From NCBI RefSeq assembly GCF_006345805.1, contig NC_043008.1, positions 51,708,001-51,772,000 on the forward strand: a stretch of 64,000 bases of DNA. Direction: 5' to 3'. Under the pieces are notes generated by a model. The model saw only the letters and a list, made by a program, of their open reading frames with translations, was not told the DNA's origin and searched no databases. Position 1 is the stretch's first letter. Every line of letters begins with the position of its first letter. The translations under genes were made by a program, and so were the position numbers. Origin of the DNA: Octopus sinensis. Taxonomy: Eukaryota. Of the stretch, positions 1 to 13,006 are shown in pieces.

Positions 1-315
1 CCGCGGTCTACTTCCCTTTCATCCTTTTGGGGTCGATAAATTGAGTACAAGTTGCATACTGGGGTCGATCTAATCGACTTATTCCCTTTGTCTGTTCTTG
101 TTTGTCCTCTCTGTGTTTAGCGTCTTGTGGGCAATAAAGAAATAAGAAATATTAGCATGCCGGGCGAAATGCTTAGCAGTATTTCGTCTGCTGTTACGTT
201 CTGAGTTCAAATTAAGTCCCAATTATGCACTGGGGTCAATGTAATCGACTTAATCCCTTTGTCAGTCCTTGTTTGTCCCCTCTATGTTTAGCCCCTTGTG
301 GACACAAAAGAAGTA
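1..315 (+). mobile_element. Head-to-tail partial copies of a tRNA-derived SINE (octopus-type)
   Basis: GTTCTGAGTTCAAATT B-box-like head, central CCTTTCATCCTTTTGGGGTCGATAAA block and GCCCCTTGTGGGCAATAAAGAAA end recur; same family at 1411, 7188, 8691, 26330, 54095 and 57989. Confidence 0.8.
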
Positions 316-344
316 AGAAACACCATTAATGCTATATTTCTGGT

Positions 345-795
345 AATACAGCTGCAGGAGAAATACCTAGCCAAAGATAAACCTCTGTACTTGGCTTTTG
401 TTGACATGGAGAATGCCTTTGACAGGGTCTCCAGTCTCTTACCTGATGGACAACGCAAAAACTAGGGATAGATCTGTGGCTTGTGAGAGCTGTACATGTC
501 ATGTACAGGAATGCTGTCAGTAAGGTGAGGGTTTGCAACAATTATAGTGATGAATTCAGGGTACAAGTAATGATTCACCAAGGGTCAGTCTTCAGCCTCT
601 TCTTGTTTATCATAGTCCTCCAGACAATAACAGAGGAGTTTAAGATGAGCTACCATGGGAGCTCCTCTACGTTGATGACCTTGTTCTTATAGCTGAATCA
701 CTACCAGAACTAGAGAAGAAATTTCAGGTGTGGAAGCAAGGTCTGGAATTGAAGGACCTTAGAGTTCACCTAGCAAAAACCAATGTCTTAGTAAG
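345..795 (+). mobile_element. RTE LINE reverse transcriptase fragment (decayed)
   Basis: QLQEKYLAKDKPLYLAFVDMENAFDR and HQGSV motifs match the RTE ORF at 54970..56937; duplicated at about 7620..8068. Confidence 0.9.
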
Positions 796-1410
796 AATGA
801 GTACAATGTGCATCCTTCATCACTGTGGACCTGGTTGATCTATTGACTTATAGGGCTTGTGGCCCTTTGTAACACATCATGATATCTTTTAATGCTATTT
901 CAGTGTTTCTGTAAACACAGACACACATACACATGTGTAGTAACACATGTGAATGCATGTATTTTTGTACATGTGTGTTGATGTGTACATGTACATACAT
1001 GTTTACATACATGTATATTTGTGTGTGTTGACCATTTTGTGTGTATATGCATGCATATATTTATATGTGTGTATGCTTTTATTTCAGTGGTAATAGTGAT
1101 GGTGGTGGTGGTGGCGGTGGCAGTGGCAGTGGCAGCAGTGGTGGTCATTGTCATAGTGGTGGTGGTGGTGCTGATAATGATGATGATGTATCACTTAAGA
1201 AATTTTCTATTTTTCTGTTGTCAGCTTTCTGATTTACACACTGTTTTCCTTTTGTGTGTGTGTGTGTGTGTTAGTATGGCTATGGAATGGCTATGTTGAG
1301 GACAGTGGTAGAGAAATTTTGGCCATAATAATTAAAGTAATTCTCTCTATGACCTTAACATTAACACAGCATTAACAGTAATATTAATATCAATATCAAG
1401 ATTAAGAAGG

Positions 1411-1955
1411 GCAAGTGAGCTGGCAGAATCATTAGCACAGCGGGCAAAATGCTTAGCGCTATTTTATCTGCTGTTACATTCTCAGTTCAGATTCACTGAG
1501 GTCAACTTTGCCTTTCATCTTTTCGAGGTCGATAAATTAAGTACCAGTTATGCAGTGGAGTTGATGTAATCGACTTAATCTGTTTGTCTGTCCTTGTTTG
1601 TCCTCTCTGTGTTTAGCCCCTTGTGGGCAATAAAGAAATAGGTATTTCGTCTGCCATTACATTCTGAGTTCAGATTTTGCCAAGGTTGACTTTGCCTTTC
1701 GTCCTTTTGGGGTTGATTAAATAAGTACCAGTTACAAACTGGGGTAGATGTAATCGACTTAATCCCTTTGTTTGTCCTTGTTTATTCCTTCTATGTTTAT
1801 CCCCCTATGGGCAATAAAGTAATATATATTACGATTAAGATTAACCTTGCTTTCATCCTTTCAGTGTTCATAAGTACCAGTTAAACACTGGAGGTCAATG
1901 TAATCGACTTACCCCTCCCTTGAAATTGCTGGCCTTGTGCCAATATTTGAAATCA
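1411..1955 (+). mobile_element. SINE multimer (about 3-4 head-to-tail units)
   Basis: Repeated GAGTTCAGATT...GGGGTCGATAAATTAAGTACCAGTT...GTAATCGACTTA units; duplicated at 8691..9237. Confidence 0.8.
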
Positions 1956-2239
1956 ATTAATGACTCAATATGAGTGGGTGTTGTGAACAAATTTGATAAT
2001 GATGCAATGAGATTTATGTCTGATTCTTAAAGAAAACACGTAAATAAAAACCCATTTTCTTGGGACAAAATGTGGGAAGATTTCCGATTTTCATGATTAT
2101 TGAGATTTTATGTTATTCTTAAAACCAATTCCAATGTTTTATATGAGTTTTCTTGATGTAACCATTCACATTATAAAAACTTTTAGGTGTTTTGAAAATA
2201 AATTGAGATTTTTTTCTTCTTTTTTCAATCTATTTCCAG

Positions 2240-2433
2240 ATATCCAGGCCACAAGATGGAATGTAAAAGTTTGTTATGCAGGGGCTTACCATTCTTCAGT
2301 TCGCATTACATTGAACAATGACTTTAAAGACTTATCATATTACAGCAATCAAAAATGCTTCTACGGCAATTTTGAATTAAACAGCGGAGAAACGCCAAGT
2401 TTTATTAAAGTTGATCAGAATTATGGCTATAAG
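2240..2433 (+). CDS. Candidate internal coding exon A1 (194 nt, phase 1 to 0) of an unidentified beta-rich protein
   Basis: Acceptor tttttcaatctatttccag and donor AAG|gtaagt; open frame IQATRWNVKVCYAGAYHSSVRITLNNDFKDLSYYSNQKCFYGNFELNSGETPSFIKVDQNYGYK; unique, non-repetitive sequence. Confidence 0.7.
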
Positions 2434-2795
2434 GTAAGTAAATTAAAATAGACACACAAATATGCAAAAAGTTTATAAACACACACATACATACACATAC
2501 TCATACATACACACACATACATGCATATCTACTTGTACACTTGTATCATCAAAAATTATGCTATTTTCAAAGAAATAAGCTGAAACTGGTATTTAATAAT
2601 TGCATTGACATGGCATATGTTCTTTAAATTTGAATATAGATTCAGATCCAAAGAGCTTTAAAATTTTCACCCCTAACAGGATTTGAACTCCTGTTCCTTA
2701 TTGTAGTTCTGTCCCTAAACCATGTATTTAAAAACTTCTGTCAACCATAAATATTAAATTAATGAGTTAGGTGGCTTCAGAAGAAATTATATATA

Positions 2796-2831
<36 letters not shown>

Positions 2832-2838
<7 letters not shown>

Positions 2839-2965
2839 TAACATGTTTGCCTCCCAGTCACAAAGGTTCAGATCCAGTTCCACAACTTGGCTGATTGGGT
2901 AAATGTCTACTGTTATAGCCCCAGGCCAAACAAAATCTATATTGGATTTGGTAAATGAAAACTTG
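2832..2965 (+). mobile_element. Decayed copy of a second tRNA-derived SINE family
   Basis: Similar to the SINE 5' half at 30871..31035; duplicated at about 10122..10265. Confidence 0.6.
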
Positions 2966-3024
2966 AAGAACTCCATAATATACATATACATATACATACA
3001 TACATACATACATACATACATACA

Positions 3025-3055
<31 letters not shown>

Positions 3056-3091
3056 GTATATATATATATATCTATGTATATATATATATCT

Positions 3092-3128
<37 letters not shown>

Positions 3129-3301
3129 GTGTGTGTGTGTGTGTGTTGATAACACTATTATCTTCAACTGAATACCAACGCAAGATGCTTATCTGAATCA
3201 GTTCACTTGGAAAACGTCATGAGTGACAGGCCCTTAGTGAAATTGCAAATTTGCATACAAAGCAATGTGCAGTCACTGCAGTCGAAATATATATAGATCA
3301 G

Positions 3302-3514
3302 ATATATGCCGTAGAAAACTTTTAAATAAAGAAGTTTCGGACATGAATAGAATATCCACTCACCTCTTCATCATCAATGTTATTAAATACTCTCCGAAAT
3401 ATGTACAGTTCTGAATAGGAATATGGAATTACTCAATCAGTGAAGTTACCAGTTTCAGTATCTCTTTCTAAGCTTGAGTACTATAATAATGGAACATTGT
3501 GGATAGAAAGCATC
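3302..3514 (+). pseudogene. Degenerate exon-like segment resembling exon C (53491..53702)
   Basis: SDMN..LFII..KYVQF then, after a TGA and a +1 frameshift, KLP..NNGTLWIESI; 213 nt versus 212 nt for exon C; splice sites poor. Confidence 0.4.
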
Positions 3515-3571
3515 TAAACCAATTTCAGAGGTAATAAGGTATCTGCCAGGATAACTTAACCCTTATATACA

Positions 3572-3711
<140 letters not shown>

Positions 3712-3718
3712 TTATATA

Positions 3719-4777
3719 TCATCATCATCATCATTTAATGTTCGTTTTCCATGCTAGCATGGGTTGGACGATTTGACTGAGGACTGGCGAGCCAGATGGC
3801 TGCACCAAGCTCCAATCTGATCTGGCAGAGTTTCTACAGCTGGATGCCCTTCCTAATGCTAACCACTCCGAGAGTGTAGTGGGTGCTTTTACATACCACC
3901 AGCATGAGGGCCAGTTAGGCAGTACTGTCAATGGCCACACTCAAATGGTGTTCTTTATGTGCCACCCGCACAGGAGCCAGTCCAGCGGCACTGGCAACGA
4001 CCTTGCTCGAATATTTTCCCCATGCCACCAGCACAAGTGGCAGTAAGGCAATGCTGGTGATGATCACACTCAAATGGTGCTGTTTACATGTCACCGGCAC
4101 GGAAGCCAGTTTGCTGCTCTGGCAACGATCATACTCTGATGGTGCCCTTATCGCTCCACGAGCATGGATGCCACTCATCGAATTCGATTTCGATTTCGAT
4201 TTCACTTGCCTCAACAAGTCTTCGGAAGCAGAGTTTAGTGTCCAATGAAGGAAAGGTACACATAAGTGGGCTGGTTACACCACTGGCATAGGCCATGAGG
4301 TTATGGTCTCACTTGGCTTGCAGAGTTTTCTCAAGCACAGCATATTCGAAAGGTCCCAGGCACTAGTCATTGCCTCAGTGAAGCCTAATGTTAAAAAAAT
4401 CATGCTTTACCACCTCATCCCAGGTTTTCCTGGGTCTACCTCTTCCACAGATTCCCTCCACTGCTAGTGCGTGGCACTTTTTCACACAGCTATCCTCATA
4501 TCCATTTTCACCACATGACCATACCAGCACAATCGTTTCTCTTGCACACCACATCTGATGCTTCTTAGGTCCAACTTTTCTCTCAAGGTACTTATACTCT
4601 GTCAAGTATGCACTCTGACAATACACATCCATTGGAGCATACTGACTTCATTCCTTGCAAGCTTACGCATGTCCTCAGCAGTCACAGCCCATGTTTCACT
4701 GTCATGTAGCATGGCTGTTTGTACACATGCATCATACAGTCTACCTTTTACTCTGTGCAAGAAGCCCTTTGTCACCA

Positions 4778-4780
<3 letters not shown>
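3719..4780 (-). mobile_element. RTE LINE 3' portion with conserved 3' UTR and (GAT)n tail
   Basis: GRLYDACVQTAMLHDSETWAVT and GRGRPRKTWDEVVKHD on the minus strand; AGGAAGGGCATCCAGC tail motif; CAT repeats at 3719. Confidence 0.9.
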
Positions 4781-4832
<52 letters not shown>

Positions 4833-5734
4833 TATATATAAAGTTCAGCTAAACCAGAAAGTATTAGTTAGTAAATAGGGAGGGTACATTCCTAAAAATG
4901 AACAGCACATCTCTTTAAGAGATTAGTAGGTGGAAATCCAGCAAGTAATAATTAAAATATATATATAATCTAGCTCAACAGGGCATTGCAGAACATAAAA
5001 AACTATGATATTTAAGCAAGCGTCAGAAGATGTCATTGAAAGATTTACTTTCCCTTGGTCTAGAGGAAAAGAGGAAAACAAAGATGTTATAACAGCCGAT
5101 GGATCATCATTATCTCCATTTTAGTCTAAAGAAGACTAGATAAATATAACCAGGAAATGTACTAGAAGACTTTGCACTTAATTTGCATGACTATTATCCT
5201 TTCTGTCCTTTTCATTATTTTTGAATGGAAAATGTTGAAATGACCTAAAGTTTTTTTCTTCATATGGAACACCCATCAGTTGATTAGGAGGTCTGGCTCT
5301 TTTACTTATTTCTTTTTTTTTGTTTTTTGTCTCTCTGTGGTTAGTCGTAAGTCACATCCACCAATGGAATGAAGCTATTTGATTGGTGTAAAGCAGTGTC
5401 CTTAAGGTCAGTTAATCTGGCATGCAGAAACTTATCAATGCAATGGCTGAGGATGCATCCACAATGGAACTAAGAAAACATTCGAATTTATAATTATTAA
5501 GAGCAAACTTAAGTAAAATGATATGAATATGGAAAATTGTTACCTAATGATGGTGTGCAGAGTAGAAACATATGTTGTGAGACATTAATGAAACCTGTGG
5601 ATTTCTATCCACGTTTTATTGTTGCTTTTATTATATTTATCCTAAGCTGAAAGGAGTTCCATGTGTATACTCGTACTATTGGATTATCCTGGGAAATGGA
5701 ATTAACAGGTGATAACTGACAAGAGGCATAGGGG

Positions 5735-5950
5735 CATTTTAAGAAGTACACATTGCAAAGTATTTGCCAAAACTAAGCTAAATGGAATAGACTCCATGAA
5801 ATGCCAGGTGGGAAAACTAGAAGTAGTTGATAGCTTCCATTACCTAGGTGACCAACTCAGTAGTGGATGTGGATGCTCCAAGAGTGTAGCTGCTAGAATA
5901 AGAATAGGCTGGGCAAAGTCCAGAGAGCTCCTACCTCTGTTGGTAAAAAA
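5735..5950 (+). mobile_element. RTE LINE RT C-terminal fragment
   Basis: KLEVVDSFHYLGDQLSSGCGCSKSVAARIRIGWAKSRELLPLLV matches the RTE ORF. Confidence 0.85.
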
Positions 5951-6039
5951 GTATTTATAATACTCGTAAATAAATGGCAATAAAACAACAGCAGAATGTA
6001 AAGAATATTTTATGTAAAGAAAAAAGAATGTCAAGATCA

Positions 6040-6401
6040 TTTATAATAAAAAATAGTTTTTATCATAATCGTTTTCTGAATCACTCTCACTCTCAATAGA
6101 CTCATGCATACCATCACTTGTAGACATGATTGCTAATTCACATGACAGTCTTGTAGATTTCTTTTTAAGAAACAAGTCTAGAGTTGTTTGCTGAGAAGAA
6201 GCTTTTTTTTTTTTGCTGTCTATAAATTTCTTGGTAACATGCAGAAACATTTGTTAGGATAGTAGAAACATTTGCATTTCATTCAACATCTGGATCTTGT
6301 GCTTGAAAAATTTCAGCTCACCACACAAAAGTGAGCTAAAAAATAAAACTCATAAACCCAGGGTCTCGTAAAATGAGTCCTCGTATAGTGAGGTATTACT
6401 G
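6040..6401. mobile_element. pogo/Tigger-like DNA transposon remnant
   Basis: Minus-strand KKKASSQQTTLDLFLKK resembles a pogo transposase C-terminus; terminal CAGTAATACCTCACTATACG (reverse complement) at about 6382-6401 resembles a Tigger-type TIR. Confidence 0.45.
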
Positions 6402-6774
6402 TGTGTGTATATATATATATTTGATATATGCATGCAGATATAAAGATATTCACATACATATACGTACCGAAATATACACAGTCACAACCACACCCACACA
6501 CAAGCACATATATGTATACATGTATTCACAAACATATTTTTATACATACATATGTATAAGTGTGTGTACATACATGCACATATGCACCTATATAAGCATA
6601 CAAAAAATATGCATAAACTTACATACACATTCACCTATATATTATTATAAACCCTGCATCCAAACAGCAAGCCATTAATCTGACTATCAGTTGAATCGCT
6701 CAACTATCCATCAACAGATATGTACCAATACATAAATATATGCACAATACATATTTACTCACAAATGTAGAGAA

Positions 6775-7180
6775 CTCATGGGAGAAGAAGATTCCACCGA
6801 ATTTTGATCTGAAAGAGGGACTAGCAATCTGAAGGGACAGAAGCGTTGTAGAGAAAACCATGAAGGATATGAAGACAGAGAAAGTCCCAATTCAACAGGA
6901 ATCACCACTGCGATGCTTAAAATATCTGGCAGCGTGTGTTATGATTTAGTCACCTGTATAATTAATCAGGTGGTACACGAAGGAGTCATACCCAATGACT
7001 GGTGTAGCAGCACCATAGTCAACTGCTACAAATGTAAAGGTGACACCTTAGAAATAATTACAGAGGTATCAAATTGTTGGATCAGGTGACAAAAGTCACA
7101 GAGGGGATCACAGCCCAACCAGTTAGGTAGAGAGTTTGTCTAGATGAGATGCAGTTTGGTTTTGTGCCATACAGAAACAC
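6775..7180 (+). mobile_element. RTE LINE fragment (RT N-terminal part), frameshifted
   Basis: IPNDWCSSTIVNCYK..RGIKLLDQV and DEMQFGFVP nucleotide matches to the RTE copies. Confidence 0.85.
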
Positions 7181-7273
7181 CATTAATGGTGGTGAGCTGA
7201 CAGAAATATTAGCATGCCGGGCGAAATGCTTAGCGGTATTTCGTCTGCCGTTACGTTCTGAGTTCAAATTCTG

Positions 7274-10085
7274 CCGCGGTCTACTTTCCCTTTCATCCTT
7301 TTGGGGTCGATAAATTGAGTACAAGTTGCATACTGGGGTCGATCTAATCGACTTATTCCCTTTGTCTGTTCTTGTTTGTCCTCTCTGTGTTTAGCGTCTT
7401 GTGGGCAATAAAGAAATAAGAAATATTAGCATGCCGGGCGAAATGCTTAGCAGTATTTCGTCTGCTGTTACGTTCTGAGTTCAAATTAAGTCCCAATTAT
7501 GCACTGGGGTCAATGTAATCGACTTAATCCCTTTGTCAGTCCTTGTTTGTCCCCTCTATGTTTAGCCCCTTGTGGACACAAAAGAAGTAAGAAACACCAT
7601 TAATGCTATATTTCTGGTAATACAGCTGCAGGAGAAATACCTAGCCAAAGATAAACCTCTGTACTTGGCTTTTGTTGACATGGAGAATGCCTTTGACAGG
7701 GTCTCCAGTCTCTTACCTGATGGACAACGCAAAAACTAGGGATAGATCTGTGGCTTGTGAGAGCTGTACATGTCATGTACAGGAATGCTGTCAGTAAGGT
7801 GAGGGTTTGCAACAATTATAGTGATGAATTCAGGGTACAAGTAATGATTCACCAAGGGTCAGTCTTCAGCCTCTTCTTGTTTATCATAGTCCTCCAGACA
7901 ATAACAGAGGAGTTTAAGATGAGCTACCATGGGAGCTCCTCTACGTTGATGACCTTGTTCTTATAGCTGAATCACTACCAGAACTAGAGAAGAAATTTCA
8001 GGTGTGGAAGCAAGGTCTGGAATTGAAGGACCTTAGAGTTCACCTAGCAAAAACCAAAGTCTTAGTAAGAATGAGTACATTGTGCATCCTTCATCACTGT
8101 GGACCTGGTTGATCTATTGACTTATAGGGCTTGTGGCCCTTTGTAACACATCATGATATCTTTTAATGCTATTTCAGTGTTTCTGTAAACACAGACACAC
8201 ATACACATGTGTAGTAACACATGTGAATGCATGTATTTTTGTACATGTGTGTTGATGTGTACATGTACATGCATGTTTACATACATGTATATTTGTGTGT
8301 GTTGACCTTTTGTGTGTATATGCATGCATATATTTATATGTGTGTATGCTTTTATTTCAGTGGTAATAGTGATGGTGGTGGTGGTGGTGGTGGTGGTGGC
8401 GGTGGCAGTGGCAGTGGCGGCAGTGGTGGTCATTGTCATAGTGGTGGTGGTGGTGCTGATAATGATGATGATGTATCACTTAAGAAATTTTCTATTTTTC
8501 TGTTGTCAGCTTTCTGATTTACACACTGTTTTCCTTTTGTGTGTGTGTGTGTGTTAGTATGGCTATGGAATGGCTATGTTGAGGACAGTGGTAGAGAAAT
8601 TTTGGCCATAATAATTAAAGTAATTCTCTCTATGACCTTAACATTAACACAGCATTAACAGTAATATTAATATCAATATCAAGATTAAGAAGGGCAAGTG
8701 AGCTGGCAGAATCATTAGCACAGCGGGCAAAATGCTTAGCGCTATTTTATCTGCTGTTACATTCTCAGTTCAGATTCACTGAGGTCAACTTTGCCTTTCA
8801 TCTTTTCGAGGTCGATAAATTAAGTACCAGTTATGCAGTGGAGTTGATGTAATCGACTTAATCTGTTTGTCTGTCCTTGTTTGTCCTCTCTGTGTTTAGC
8901 CCCTTGTGGGCAATAAAGAAATAGGTATTTCGTCTGCCATTACATTCTGAGTTCAGATTTTGCCAAGGTTGACTTTGCCTTTCGTCCTTTTGGGGTTGAT
9001 TAAATAAGTACCAGTTACAAACTGGGGTAGATGTAATCGACTTAATCCCTTTGTTTGTCCTTGTTTATTCCTTCTATGTTTATCCCCCTATGGGCAATAA
9101 AGTAATATATATTACGATTAAGATTAACCTTGCTTTCATCCTTTCAGTGTTCATAAGTACCAGTTAAACACTGGAGGTCAATGTAATCGACTTACCCCTC
9201 CCTTGAAATTGCTGGCCTTGTGCCAATATTTGAAATCAATTAATGACTCAATATGAGTGGGTGTTGTGAACAAATTTGATAATGATGCAATGAGATTTAT
9301 GTCTGATTCTTAAAGAAAACATGTAAAAAAAACATTTTCTTGGGACAAAATGTGGGAAGAATTCAGATTTTCATGATTATTGAGATTTTATGTTATTCTT
9401 AAAACCAATTCCAATGTTTTATATGAGTTTTCTTGATGTAACCATTCACATTATAAAAACTTTTAGGTGTTTTGAAAATAAATTGAGATTTTTTCCTTCT
9501 TTTTTCAATCTATTTCCAGATATCCAGGCCACAAGTTGGGATGTAAAAGTTTGTTATGATGTGGCTTACCATTCTTCAGTTCGCATTACATTGAACAATG
9601 ACTATAAAGACTTATCATATGACAGCAATCAAAAATGCTTCTACGGCAATTTTGAATTAAACAGCGGAGATATGCCAAGTTTTATTAAAGTTGATCAGAA
9701 TTATGGCTATAAGGTAAGTAAATTAAAATAGACACACAAATATGCAAAAAGTTTATAAACACACACATACATACACATACTCATACATACACACACATAC
9801 ATGCATATCTACTTGTACACTTGTATCATCAAAAATTATGCTATTTTCAAAGAAATAAGCTGAAACTGGTATTTAATAATTGCATTGACATGGCATATGT
9901 TCTTTAAATTTGAATATAGATTCAGATCCAAAGAGCTTTAAAATTTTCACCCCTAACAGGATTTGAACTCCTGTTCCTTATTGTAGTTCTGTCCCTAAAC
10001 CATGTATTTAAAAACTTCTGTCAACCATAAATATTAAATTAATGAGTTAGGTGGCTTCAGAAGAAATTATATATATTTGTGTGTG

Positions 10086-10127
<42 letters not shown>

Positions 10128-10312
10128 TAACATGTTTGCCTCCCAGTCACAAAGGTTCAGATCCAGTTCCACAACTTGGCTGATTGGGTAAATGTCTACT
10201 GTTATAGCCCCAGGCCAAACAAAATCTATATTGGATTTGGTAAATGAAAACTTGAAGAACTCCATAATATACATATACATATACATACATACATACATAC
10301 ATACATACATAC

Positions 10313-10344
<32 letters not shown>

Positions 10345-10379
10345 GTATATATATATATATCTATGTATATATATATATC

Positions 10380-10434
<55 letters not shown>

Positions 10435-10435
10435 T
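7274..10435 (+). repeat. Segmental/tandem duplication, copy 2
   Basis: Base-by-base match to 1..3145 apart from microsatellite length changes and about 20 point differences. Confidence 0.95.
9520..9713 (+). CDS. Candidate internal coding exon A2 (194 nt, phase 1 to 0), paralog of A1
   Basis: Identical splice sites to A1; open frame IQATSWDVKVCYDVAYHSSVRITLNNDYKDLSYDSNQKCFYGNFELNSGDMPSFIKVDQNYGYK. Confidence 0.7.
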
Positions 10436-10442
10436 TGTATAT

Positions 10443-12970
10443 ATCATCATCATCATCGTTTAACATCCGCTTTCCATTCTGGCATGGGTTGGATGGTTTG
10501 ACTGAAGACTGGCAAGTCAGATGGCTGCACCAAGCTCCAATCAGATCTGGCAGAGTTTCTACAGTTAGATGCCCTTCCTAACGCCAACCACTCTGAGAGT
10601 GTAGTGGGTGCTTTTATGTGTCACCAGCACAAGGGCCAGTCAGGTGGCACTGGCGATGGCCACACTCAAATGCTGTTTTTTATGTACCACCTGCACAGGA
10701 GCCAGTCCAGCAACACTGGCAATGACCTCACTCGAATGTTGATTTTCACGTGCCAGTAAGGTGACGCTGGTAACAATCAGCCTTGAATGGTGCGTTTTAT
10801 GTTCCACCGTCATGGGAGCCAGTCAGTGGCCTGGCAATGATCAGGTTTTAATGATCAGGTTTTAATGTTCCTCTGGCACGGGTGCCCAGTAAGGCGATGC
10901 TGTTATTAGCCACTCAGCAAATTTGATTTTGATTTTGTTTCCCTTGCCTCAACAGGTCTTCACAAGCAACGCATAAGTAGGCTGGTTATACCGCTGGCAT
11001 AAGCCATGGGTTATGGTCTCACTTGGCTTGCCAAGTCTTCTCAAGCACAGCATATTTCCAAAGGTCTTGGTCACTAGTCATTGCCTTGGTGAGGCCCAAT
11101 GTTCAAAGATCGTGCTTCATCACCTCATCCCAGGTCTTCCTGGGTCTACCTCTTCTACAAGTTCCCTCAACTGCTAGGATGTGACACTTTTTCACACACC
11201 TGTCCTCATCCATTCACACCACATGCCCATACCAGCATAGTCGTCTCTCTTGCACACCACATCTGATGCTTCTTAGGTCCAACTTTTCTCTCAAGGTGCT
11301 TACATTCTGTCGTGTATGCACACTGACAATACACATCCAGTGGAGCATACTGGCTTCATTCCTTGAAAGCTTACGCATGTCCTCAGCAGTTACAGCTCAT
11401 GTTTCACTGCCAGGTAGCATGGCTGTTCGTATACATGCAGCATACAGTCTGCCTTTTACTCTGAGTGAGAGGCCTTTGTCACCAGCAGAGGTAGGAGCTC
11501 TCTGAACTTTGCCCAGGCTATTCTAGCAGCTACACTTTCAGAGCATCTACCCCCCACTACTGACTTGGTCACCTAGGTAACAGAAGCTGTCAACTACTTG
11601 TAGTTGTTCTCCCTAGTTAGCCATCTTTTGATATTGCTGCACCTCTTATGTGTCCATAGCTTGCACTGGGTACATCTTATAGAGTTTCTACCAATGCCTT
11701 TTCTACAGATTGAGCAAAAGGATTTGTGGTTTGCCTGCCTTCTTATTGAAACTTTGGTTTTAGCCAGGTTCACTCTAAGGCCCTTCAATTTTAATCCTTG
11801 CTACCACAGCTGAAACTTCTCTAGTTCTGATAGTGACTCAGCAATTAGAGCAAGGTCACCTGCATAGAGGAGCTCCCAGGGACATCGTGTCTTGAATTTC
11901 TATGTTATTGACTGGAAGACTATGATAAATAGGAGGGGGCTGAGGACTGAACCTTGGTGGACCCCTACCTCTACCTAGAATTCTTCACTGTACTCATTGC
12001 CAACCCTCACCTCACTGACAGCATCCCTGTACATGGTTGGCACAGCTCTCACTAACCATTCATCTATCCCTAGTTTCCTCATTGACTACCAGATAAGGGA
12101 TCGAGGGACCCTGTCAAAGGCTTTCTCCATGTCAACAAAAGCCAAGTACAGGGGTTTATCTTTAGCTAGGTATTTCTCCTGCAGCTGCCTTACTAGAAAT
12201 ATAGCATCAGAGGTGCTTTTCCCTGACACAAACCTAAACTGCATCTCATCTGGACTGACCCTCTCCCTATTAGTTGGGCTACAAAACTCTCTGTGACCTT
12301 CATTACCTGATCCAACAGCTTGATACCTCTGTAATTATTTGTATCTAATGCATCACCTTTACCTTTGTAGCAGTTGACTATAGTGCTGCTACACCAGTCA
12401 TTAGGTATGACTCTTTTGTGTATCACCTGATTAACTATATGAGTGACTAGGCTATAGCCGACACTACCAGATATTTTGGTCATCCCTGCAGTGATTCCTG
12501 ATGGGCCAGGGTTTTTCATACCCTTAATTGTTTCATCTGCCAAGGCACTGTCAATTTGGATAGCTCGTCCCTTTGTTGGGTCAGCATTCGGCAGGCTCTC
12601 TTTCTCCCATTCATTCTCTTTATTGAGCACTTTTTCATAGTGCAGCCTCGTTTAATGCAAGTGAGCCATCATCCATGCAAATACACTTCTCTCCTATGAC
12701 ATTACGATTCTGTCTCACACACATGTCTCGCAACACGAAAAATCTCAAGTCTTTGGTCCTCACAGCACAGAACATTGGCAAATTTTTTTCTTTTCTGCTT
12801 TCCCCCTGGTTAAATAAACCTGTCTCCTAGCTTCCCTTTTGGCAGTCAGACATGATGCCCTGCTGCCAATGTTCTTCCAGTCCTTCCAACCCTTCTCTTC
12901 TCCAATGGCCCTGTCAATAACATTGTTCCACCACCACATTACCTTGGGTCGAGAGGGGATTTTGCACCAT
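10443..12970 (-). mobile_element. 5'-truncated RTE LINE, decayed
   Basis: Minus-strand MLNKENEWEKESLPNADPT..PGPSGIT..YRGIKLLDQVMK and KGLRVNLAKTK; 3' UTR and CAT-repeat tail at 10443. Confidence 0.92.
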
Positions 12971-13006
12971 CCACTAGTGGGACTCCTGGTCTGTATGGTG
13001 TTGAAA

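Larger units (their letters stand above)
1..3145 (+). repeat. Segmental/tandem duplication, copy 1 (probably continues upstream of the window)
   Basis: Near-identical to 7274..10435 with offset 7273-7290; ORFs 332..541 and 483..692 translate identically to 7606..7815 and 7757..7966; similarity ends in a (TG)n tract. Confidence 0.95.

Noticed and set aside
900-1299. Poly-Thr, poly-Gly/Ser and poly-Val ORFs, and the many HT/YI/CV/RE-repeat ORFs elsewhere
   Set aside because: They are translations of (GGT)n, (CA)n, (TA)n, (TACA)n and (GA)n microsatellites
5345-5570. Another exon look-alike (QWNEAI, EYG, NDG)
   Set aside because: Multiple stops and only scattered short matches, not distinguishable from chance
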